Assembly (NCBI GenBank): GCA_040954595.2
Contig: CM082591.2
Location: forward strand, 4,740,909-4,804,908
Source of the DNA: Balanoglossus misakiensis
Lineage: Eukaryota > Animalia > Hemichordata
Direction of reading: 5' to 3'
Length of the DNA: 64,000 bases
This document shows positions 53,301 through 64,000 of the stretch, in pieces (position 1 is the stretch's first letter; every line of letters begins with the position of its first letter). A program made the position numbers and the translations under genes. A model generated the notes under the pieces. It saw nothing but the letters and a program-made list of their open reading frames with translations, had not been told where the DNA came from and did no database searches.

Positions 53301-56300
53301 CATAATTCGCAAAGTCGAAAAATCCTCGATTCTGGACGATTTTCATGGGCTATAACCCATGGTTTTTATCAAAAAATGACCAAATTTTCATAATTCGCAA
53401 AGTCGAAAAATCCTCGATTCTGGACGATTTTCATGGGCTATAACCCATGGTTTTTATCAAAAAATGACCAAATTTTCATAATTCGCATAGTCGAAAAATC
53501 CTCGATTCTGGACGATTTTCATGGGCTATAACCCATGGTTTTTATCAAAAAATGACCAAATTTTCATAATTCGCAAAGTCGAAAAATCCTCGATTCTGGA
53601 CGATTTTCATGGGCTATAACCCATGGTTTTTATCAAAAAATTACCAAATTTTCATAATTCGCAAAGTCGAAAAATCCTCGATTCTGGATGATTTTCATGG
53701 GCTATAACCCATGGTTTTTATCAAAAAATGACCAAATTTTCATAATTCGCAAAGTCGAAAAATCCTCGATTCTGGACGATTTTCATGGGCTATAACCCAT
53801 GGTTTTTATCAAAAAATGACCAAATTTTCATAATTCGCAAAGTCGAAAAATCCTCGATTCTGGACGATTTTCATGGGCTATAACCCATGGTTTTTATCAA
53901 AAATTGACCAAATTTTCATAATTCGCAAAGTCGAAAAATCCTCGATTCTGGACGATTTTCATGGGCTATAACCCATGGTTTTTATCAAAAAATGACCAAA
54001 TTTTCATAATTCGCAAAGTCGAAAAATCCTTGATTCTGGACGATTTTCATGGGCTATAACCCATGGTTTTTATCAAAATATGACCAAATTTTCATAATTC
54101 GCAAAGTCGAAAAATCCTCGATTCTGGACGATTTTCATGGGCTATAACCCATGGTTTTTATCAAAAATTGACCAAATTTTCATAATTCGCAAAGTCGAAA
54201 AATCCTCGATTCTGGACGATTTTCATGGGCTATAACCCATGGTTTTTATCAAAAAATGACCAAATTTTCATAATTCGCAAAGTCGAAAAATCCTCGATTC
54301 TGGACGATTTTCATGGGCTATAACCCATGGTTTTTATCAAAATATGACCAAATTTTCATAATTCGCAAAGTCGAAAAATCCTCGATTCTGGACGATTTTC
54401 ATGGGCTATAACCCATGGTTTTTATCAAAAATTGACCAAATTTTCATAATTCGCAAAGTCGAAAAATCCTCGATTCTGGACGATTTTCATGGGCTATAAC
54501 CCATGGTTTTTATCAAAAAATGACCAAATTTTCATAATTCGCAAAGTCGAAAAATCCTCGATTCTGGACGATTTTCATGGGCTATAACCCATGGTTTTTA
54601 TCAAAAAATGACCAAATTTTCATAATTCGCAAAGTCGAAAAATCCTCGATTCTGGACGATTTTCATGGGCTATAACCCATGGTTTTTATCAAAAAATGAC
54701 CAAATTTTCATAATTCGCAAAGTCGAAAAATCCTCGATTCTGGACGATTTTCATGGGCTATAAGCCATGGTTTTTATCAAAAAATGACCAAATTTTCATA
54801 ATTCGCAAAGTCGAAAAATCCTCGATTCTGGACGATTTTCATGGGCTATAACCCATGGTTTTTATCAAAAATTGACCAAATTTTCATAATTCGCAAAGTC
54901 GAAAAATCCTCGATTCTGGACGATTTTCATGGGCTATAACCCATGGTTTTTATCAAAAATTGACCAAATTTTCATAATTCGCAAAGTCGAAAAATCCTCG
55001 ATTCTGGACGATTTTCATGGGCTATAACCCATGGTTTTTATCAAAAATTGACCAAATTTTCATAATTCGCAAAGTCGAAAAATCCTCGATTCTGGACGAT
55101 TTTCATGGGCTATAACCCATGGTTTTTATCAAAAAATGACCAAATTTTCATAATTCGCAAAGTCGAAAAACCCTCGATTCTGGACGATTTTCATGGGCTA
55201 TAACCCATGGTTTTTATCAAAAAATGACCAAATTTTCATAATTCGCAAAGTCGAAAAATCCTCGATTCTGGACGATTTTCATGGGCTATAACCCATGGTT
55301 TTTATCAAAATTGACCAAATTTTCATAATTCGCAAAGTCGAAAAATCCTCGATTCTGGACGATTTTCATGGGCTATAACCCATGGTTTTTATCAAAAAAT
55401 GACCAAATTTTCATAATTCGCAAAGTCGAAAAATCCTCGATTCTGGACGATTTTCATGGGCTATAACCCATGGTTTTTATCAAAAATTGACCAAATTTTC
55501 ATAATTCGCAAAGTCGAAAAATCCTCGATTCTGGACGATTTTCATGGGCTATAACCCATGGTTTTTATCAAAAAATGACCAAATTTTCATAATTCGCAAA
55601 GTCGAAAAATCCTCGATTCTGGACGATTTTCATGGGCTATAACCCATGGTTTTTATCAAAAATTGACCAAATTTTCATAATTCGCAAAGTCGAAAAATCC
55701 TCGATTCTGGACGATTTTCATGGGCTATAACCCATGGTTTTTATCAAAAAATGACCAAATTTTCATAATTCGCAAAGTCGAAAAATCCTCGATTCTGGAC
55801 GATTTTCATGGGCTATAACCCATGGTTTTTATCAAAAAATGACCAAATTTTCATAATTCGCAAAGTCGAAAAATCCTCGATTCTGGACGATTTTCATGGG
55901 CTATAACCCATGGTTTTTATCAAAAAATGACCAAATTTTCATAATTCGCAAAGTCGAAAAATCCTCGATTCTGGACGATTTTCATGGGCTATAACCCATG
56001 GTTTTTATCAAAAAATGACCAAATTTTCATAATTCGCAAAGTCGAAAAATCCTCGATTCTGGACGATTTTCATGGGCTATAACCCATGGTTTTTATCAAA
56101 AAATGACCAAATTTTCATAATTCGCAAAGTCGAAAAATCCTCGATTCTGGACGATTTTCATGGGCTATAACCCATGGTTTTTATCAAAAAATGACCAAAT
56201 TTTCATAATTCGCAAAGTCGAAAAATCCTCGATTCTGGACGATTTTCATGGGCTATAACCCATGGTTTTTATCAAAAATTGACCAAATTTTCATAATTCG

Positions 56301-59300
56301 CAAAGTCGAAAAATCCTCGATTCTGGACGATTTTCATGGGCTATAACCCATGGTTTTTATCAAAAAATGACCAAATTTTCATAATTCGCAAAGTCGAAAA
56401 ATGCTCGATTCTGGACGATTTTCATGGGCTATAACCCATGGTTTTTATCAAAAATTGACCAAATTTTCATAATTCGCAAAGTCGAAAAATCCTCGATTCT
56501 GGACGATTTTCATGGGCTATAACCCATGGTTTTTATCAAAAAATGACCAAATTTTCATAATTCGCAAAGTCGAAAAATCCTCGATTCTGGACGATTTTCA
56601 TGGGCTATAACCCATGGTTTTTATCAAAAAATGACCAAATTTTCATAATTCGCATAGTCGAAAAATCCTCGATTCTGGACGATTTTCATGGGCTATAACC
56701 CATGGTTTTTATCAAAAAATGACCAAATTTTCATAATTCGCAAAGTCGAAAAATCCTCGATTCTGGACGATTTTCATGGGCTATAACCCATGGTTTTTAT
56801 CAAAAAATTACCAAATTTTCATAATTCGCAAAGTCGAAAAATCCTCGATTCTGGATGATTTTCATGGGCTATAACCCATGGTTTTTATCAAAAAATGACC
56901 AAATTTTCATAATTCGCAAAGTCGAAAAATCCTCGATTCTGGACGATTTTCATGGGCTATAACCCATGGTTTTTATCAAAAAATGACCAAATTTTCATAA
57001 TTCGCAAAGTCGAAAAATCCTCGATTCTGGACGATTTTCATGGGCTATAACCCATGGTTTTTATCAAAAATTGACCAAATTTTCATAATTCGCAAAGTCG
57101 AAAAATCCTCGATTCTGGACGATTTTCATGGGCTATAACCCATGGTTTTTATCAAAAAATGACCAAATTTTCATAATTCGCAAAGTCGAAAAATCCTTGA
57201 TTCTGGACGATTTTCATGGGCTATAACCCATGGTTTTTATCAAAATATGACCAAATTTTCATAATTCGCAAAGTCGAAAATCCTCGATTCTGGACGATTT
57301 TCATGGGCTATAACCCATGGTTTTTATCAAAAATTGACCAAATTTTCATAATTCGCAAAGTCGAAAAATCCTCGATTCTGGACGATTTTCATGGGCTATA
57401 ACCCATGGTTTTTATCAAAAAATGACCAAATTTTCATAATTCGCAAAGTCGAAAAATCCTCGATTCTGGACGATTTTCATGGGCTATAACCCATGGTTTT
57501 TATCAAAATATGACCAAATTTTCATAATTCGCAAAGTCGAAAAATCCTCGATTCTGGACGATTTTCATGGGCTATAACCCATGGTTTTTATCAAAAATTG
57601 ACCAAATTTTCATAATTCGCAAAGTCGAAAAATCCTCGATTCTGGACGATTTTCATGGGCTATAACCCATGGTTTTTATCAAAAAATGACCAAATTTTCA
57701 TAATTCGCAAAGTCGAAAAATCCTCGATTCTGGACGATTTTCATGGGCTATAACCCATGGTTTTTATCAAAAATTGACCAAATTTTCATAATTCGCAAAG
57801 TCGAAAAATCCTCGATTCTGGACGATTTCCATGGGCTATAACCCATGGTTTTTATCAAAAATTGACCAAATTTTCATAATTCGCAAAGTCGAAAAATCCT
57901 CGATTCTGGACGATTTTCATGGGCTATAACCCATGGTTTTTATCAAAAAATGACCAAATTTTCATAATTCGCAAAGTCGAAAAATCCTCGATTCTGGACG
58001 ATTTTCATGGGCTATAACCCATGGTTTTTATCAAAAATTGACCAAATTTTCATAATTCGCAAAGTCGAAAAATCCTCGATTCTGGACGATTTTCATGGGC
58101 TATAACCCATGGTTTTTATCAAAAAATGACCAAATTTTCATAATTCGCAAAGTCGAAAAATCCTCGATTCTGGACGATTTTCATGGGCTATAACCCATGG
58201 TTTTTATCAAAAATTGACCAAATTTTCATAATTCGCAAAGTCGAAAAATCCTCGATTCTGGACGATTTTCATGGGCTATAACCCATGGTTTTTATCAAAA
58301 AATGACCAAATTTTCATAATTCGCAAAGTCGAAAAATCCTCGATTCTGGACGATTTTCATGGGCTATAACCCATGGTTTTTATCAAAAAATGACCAAATT
58401 TTCATAATTCGCAAAGTCGAAAAATCCTCGATTCTGGACGATTTTCATGGGCTATAACCCATGGTTTTTATCAAAAAATGACCAAATTTTCATAATTCGC
58501 AAAGTCGAAAAATCCTCGATTCTGGACGATTTTCATGGGCTATAACCCATGGTTTTTATCAAAAAATGACCAAATTTTCATAATTCGCAAAGTCGAAAAA
58601 TCCTCGATTCTGGACGATTTTCATGGGCTATAACCCATGGTTTTTATCAAAAAATGACCAAATTTTCATAATTCGCAAAGTCGAAAAATCCTCGATTCTG
58701 GACGATTTTCATGGGCTATAACCCATGGTTTTTATCAAAAAATGACCAAATTTTCATAATTCGCAAAGTCGAAAAATCCTCGATTCTGGACGATTTTCAT
58801 GGGCTATAACCCATGGTTTTTATCAAAAATTGACCAAATTTTCATAATTCGCAAAGTCGAAAAATCCTCGATTCTGGACGATTTTCATGGGCTATAACCC
58901 ATGGTTTTTATCAAAAAATGACCAAATTTTCATAATTCGCAAAGTCGAAAAATCCTCGATTCTGGACGATTTTCATGGGCTATAACCCATGGTTTTTATC
59001 AAAAAATGACCAAATTTTCATAATTCGCAAAGTCGAAAAATCCTCGATTCTGGACGATTTTCATGGGCTATAAGCCATGGTTTTTATCAAAAAATGACCA
59101 AATTTTCATAATTCGCAAAGTCGAAAAATCCTCGATTCTGGACGATTTTCATGGGCTATAACCCATGGTTTTTATCAAAAATTGACCAAATTTTCATAAT
59201 TCGCAAAGTCGAAAAATCCTCGATTCTGGACAATTTTCATGGGCTATAACCCATGGTTTTTATCAAAAATTGACCAAATTTTCATAATTCGCAAAGTCGA

Positions 59301-62300
59301 AAAATCCTCGATTCTGGACGATTTTCATGGGCTATAACCCATGGTTTTTATCAAAAAATGACCAAATTTTCATAATTCGCAAAGTCGAAAAATCCTCGAT
59401 TCTGGACGATTTTCATGGGCTATAACCCATGGTTTTTATCAAAAAATGACCAAATTTTCATAATTCGCAAAGTCGAAAAATCCTCGATTCTGGACGATTT
59501 TCATGGGCTATAACCCATGGTTTTTATCAAAAATTGACCAAATTTTCATAATTCGCAAAGTCGAAAAATCCTCGATTCTGGACGATTTTCATGGGCTATA
59601 ACCCATGGTTTTTATCAAAAAATGACCAAATTTTCATAATTCGCAAAGTCGAAAAATCCTCGATTCTGGACGATTTTCATGGGCTATAACCCATGGTTTT
59701 TATCAAAAATTGACCAAATTTTCATAATTCGCAAAGTCGAAAAATCCTCGATTCTGGACGATTTTCATGGGCTATAGCCCATGGTTTTTATCAAAAATTG
59801 ACCAAATTTTCATAATTCGCAAAGTCGAAAAATCCTCGATTCTGGACGATTTTCATGGGCTATAACCCATGGTTTTTATCAAAAAATGACCAAATTTTCA
59901 TAATTCGCAAAGTCGAAAAATCCTCGATTCTGGACGATTTTCATGGGCTATAACCCATGGTTTTTATCAAAAAATGACCAAATTTTCATAATTCGCAAAG
60001 TCGAAAAATCCTCGATTCTGGACGATTTTCATGGGCTATAACCCATGGTTTTTATCAAAAAATGACCAAATTTTCATAATTCGCAAAGTCGAAAAATCCT
60101 CGATTCTGGACGATTTTCATGGGCTATAACCCATGGTTTTTATCAAAAATTGACCAAATTTTCATAATTCGCAAAGTCGAAAAATCCTCGATTCTGGACG
60201 ATTTTCATGGGCTATAACCCATGGTTTTTATCAAAAATTGACCAAATTTTCATAATTCGCAAAGTCGAAAAATCCTCGATTCTGGACGATTTTCATGGGC
60301 TATAACCCATGGTTTTTATCAAAAAATGACCAAATTTTCATAATTCGCAAAGTCGAAAAATCCTCGATTCTGGACGATTTTCATGGGCTATAACCCATGG
60401 TTTTTATCAAAAAATGACCAAATTTTCATAATTCGCAAAGTCGAAAAATCCTCGATTCTGGACGATTTTCATGGGCTATAACCCATGGTTTTTATCAAAA
60501 AATGACCAAATTTTCATAATTCGCAAAGTCGAAAAATCCTCGATTCTGGACGATTTTCATGGGCTATAACCCATGGTTTTTATCAAAAATTGACCAAATT
60601 TTCATAATTCGCAAAGTCGAAAAATCCTCGATTCTGGACGATTTTCATGGGCTATAACCCATGGTTTTTATCAAAAAATGACCAAATTTTCATAATTCGC
60701 AAAGTCGAAAAATCCTTGATTCTGGACGATTTTCATGGGCTATAACCCATGGTTTTTATCAAAATATGACCAAATTTTCATAATTCGCAAAGTCGAAAAA
60801 TCCTCGATTCTGGACGATTTTCATGGGCTATAACCCATGGTTTTTATCAAAAATTGACCAAATTTTCATAATTCGCAAAGTCGAAAAATCCTCGATTCTG
60901 GACGATTTTCATGGGCTATAACCCATGGTTTTTATCAAAAAATGACCAAATTTTCATAATTCGCAAAGTCGAAAAATCCTCGATTCTGGACGATTTTCAT
61001 GGGCTATAACCCATGGTTTTTATCAAAAAATGACCAAATTTTCATAATTCGCAAAGTCGAAAAATCCTCGATTCTGGACGATTTTCATGGGCTATAACCC
61101 ATGGTTTTTATCAAAAAATGACCAAATTTTCATAATTCGCAAAGTCGAAAAATCCTCGATTCTGGACGATTTTCATGGGCTATAACCCATGGTTTTTATC
61201 AAAAAATGACCAAATTTTCATAATTCGCAAAGTCGAAAAATCCTCGATTCTGGACGATTTTCATGGGCTATAACCCATGGTTTTTATCAAAAATTGACCA
61301 AATTTTCATGATTCGCAAAGTCGAAAAATCCTCGATTCTGGACGATTTTCATGGGCTATAACCCATGGTTTTTATCAAAAAATGACCAAATTTTCATAAT
61401 TCGCAAAGTCGAAAAATCCTCGATTCTGGACGATTTTCATGGGCTATAACCCATGGTTTTTTATCAAAAAATGACCAAATTTTCATAATTCGCAAAGTCG
61501 AAAAATCCTCGATTCTGGACGATTTTCATGGGCTATAACCCATGGTTTTTATCAAAAAATGACCAAATTTTCATAATTCGCAAAGTCGAAAAATCCTCGA
61601 TTCTGGACGATTTTCATGGGCTATAACCCATGGTTTTTATCAAAAAATGACCAAATTTTCATAATTCGCAAAGTCGAAAAATCCTCGATTCTGGACGATT
61701 TTCATTGGCTATAACCCATGGTTTTTATCAAAAAATGACCAAATTTTCATAATTCGCAAAGTCGAAAAATCCTCGATTCTGGACGATTTTCATGGGCTAT
61801 AACCCATGGTTTTTATCAAAAATTGACCAAATTTTCATAATTCGCAAAGTCGAAAAATCCTCGATTCTGGACGATTTTCATGGGCTATAACCCATGGTTT
61901 TTATCAAAAAATGACCAAATTTTCATAATTCGCAAAGTCGAAAAATCCTTGATTCTGGACGATTTTCATGGGCTATAACCCATGGTTTTTATCAAAATAT
62001 GACCAAATTTTCATAATTCGCAAAGTCGAAAAATCCTCGATTCTGGACGATTTTCATGGGATATAACCCATGGTTTTTATCAAAAATTGACCAAATTTTC
62101 ATAATTCGCAAAGTCGAAAAATCCTCGATTCTGGACGATTTTCATGGGCTATAACCCATGGTTTTTATCAAAAAATGACCAAATTTTCATAATTCGCAAA
62201 GTCGAAAAATCCTCGATTCTGGACGATTTTCATGGGCTATAACCCATGGTTTTTATCAAAAAATGACCAAATTTTCATAATTCGCAAAGTCGAAAAATCC

Positions 62301-63484
62301 TCGATTCTGGACGATTTTCATGGGCTATAACCCATGGTTTTTATCAAAAAATGACCAAATTTTCATAATTCGCAAAGTCGAAAAATCCTCGATTCTGGAC
62401 GATTTTCATGGGCTATAACCCATGGTTTTTATCAAAAAATGACCAAATTTTCATAATTCGCAAAGTCGAAAAATCCTCGATTCTGGACGATTTTCATGGG
62501 CTATAACCCATGGTTTTTATCAAAAATTGACCAAATTTTCATAATTCGCAAAGTCGAAAATCCTCGATTCTGGACGATTTTCATGGGCTATAACCCATGG
62601 TTTTTATCAAAAAATGACCAAATTTTCATAATTCGCAAAGTCGAAAAATCCTCGATTCTGGACGATTTTCATGGGCTATAACCCATGGTTTTTATCAAAA
62701 AATGACCAAATTTTCATAATTCGCAAAGTCGAAAAATCCTCGATTCTGGACGATTTTCATGGGCTATAACCCATGGTTTTTATCAAAAAATGACCAAATT
62801 TTCATAATTCGCAAAGTCGAAAAATCCTCGATTCTGGACGATTTTCATGGGCTATAACCCATGGTTTTTATCAAAAAATGACAAAATTTTCATAATTCCC
62901 AAAGTCGAAAAATCCTCGATTCTGGACGATTTTCATGGGCTATAACCCATGGTTTTTATCAAAAAATGACCAAATTTTCATAATTCGCAAAGTCGAAAAA
63001 TCCTCGATTCTGGACGATTTTCATGGGCTATAACCCATGGTTTTTATCAAAAAATGACCAAATTTTCATAATTCGCAAAGTCGAAAAATCCTCGATTCTG
63101 GACGATTTTCATGGGCTATAACCCATGGTTTTTATCAAAAAATGACCAAATTTTCATAATTCGCAAAGTCGAAAAATCCTCGATTCTGGACGATTTTCAT
63201 GGGCTATAACCCATGGTTTTTATCAAAAAATGACCAAATTTTCATAATTCGCAAAGTCGAAAAATCCTCGATTCTGGACGATTTTCATGGGCTATAACCC
63301 ATGGTTTTTATCAAAAAATGACCAAATTTTCATAATTCGCAAAGTCGAAAAATCCTCGATTCTGGACGATTTTCATGGGCTATAACCCATGGTTTTTATC
63401 AAAAATGACCAAATTTTCATAATTCGCAAAGTCGAAAAATCCTCGATTCTGGACGATTTTCATGGGCTATAACCCATGGTTTTT
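50326..63484 (+). repeat. 88-bp satellite DNA array, about 150 copies
   Basis: Monomer TCCTCGATTCTGGACGATTTTCATGGGCTATAACCCATGGTTTTTATCAAAAAWTGACCAAATTTTCATAATTCGCAAAGTCGAAAAA. Period 88 (e.g. 50593 to 50681), with very few substitutions. Confidence 0.99.
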
Positions 63485-64000
63485 GGTCATTTTTTGATAA
63501 TAACCATGGGTTATAGCCCATGAAAATCATCCAGAATCGAGGATTTTTCGACTTTGCGAATTATGAAAATTTTTGGTCATTTTTTGATAAAAACCATGGG
63601 TTATAGCCCATGAAAATCGTCCAGAATCGAGGATTTTTCGACTTGTGCGAATTATGAAAATTTGGTCATTTTTTGATAAAAACCATGGGTTATAGCCCAT
63701 GAAAATCGTCCAGAATCGAGGATTTTTCGACTTTGCGAATTATGAAAATTTGGTCATTTTTTGATAAAAACCATGGGTTATAGCCCATGAAAATCGTCCA
63801 GAATCGAGGATTTTTCGACTTTGCGAATTATGAAAATTTGGTCATTTTTTGATAAAAACCATGGGTTATAGCCCATGAAAATCGTCCAGAATCGAGGATT
63901 TTTCGACTTGCGAATTATGAAAATTTGGTCATTTTTTGATAAAAACCATGGGTTATAGCCCATGAAAATCGTCCAGAATCGAAGATTTTTCGACTTTGCG
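63481..64000 (-). repeat. Same 88-bp satellite in inverted orientation (about 6 copies, runs off the window)
   Basis: TTTGGTCATTTTTTGATAAAAACCATGGGTTATAGCCCATGAAAATCGTCCAGAATCGAGGA is the reverse complement of the monomer. Confidence 0.98.

Noticed and set aside
57216-63963. 61-aa ORFs MGYNPWFLSK... at 57216, 62496 and 63778
   Set aside because: They are by-products of single-base deletions in an 88-bp (non-triplet) satellite.
50326-64000. CRISPR-like array
   Set aside because: The monomers are contiguous and near-identical with no unique spacers, there are no cas genes, and the context is eukaryotic.

Overview
Intron-rich animal genomic DNA, probably from an invertebrate deuterostome (inferred from gene style, not proven). 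Positions 1-3350 (+) hold the 3' part of a divergent PACSIN/syndapin-like gene (F-BAR, acidic linker, SH3, no NPF). About 700 bp downstream, a complete canonical PACSIN/syndapin gene begins (probable non-coding exon 1 ending at 4150; CDS 13484-19093, 433 aa, plus a likely 102-nt cassette exon). Convergent to it lies an SPDEF/PDEF ETS factor gene (minus strand, CDS 34559-27806, 319 aa, PNT + ETS domains), the same tail-to-tail arrangement as human PACSIN1-SPDEF. Introns and intergenic DNA carry several MITE-like families, short fold-back elements with 9-bp target duplications, and microsatellites. From 50326 to the end is a very homogeneous 88-bp satellite (about 150 copies) with internal block duplications, which flips orientation at about 63484. 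I found no clearly new biological system. The best leads are the GCATG minisatellite behind the cassette exon, the intron-discordant PACSIN paralogue, the conserved PACSIN-SPDEF linkage and the satellite fold-back junction.
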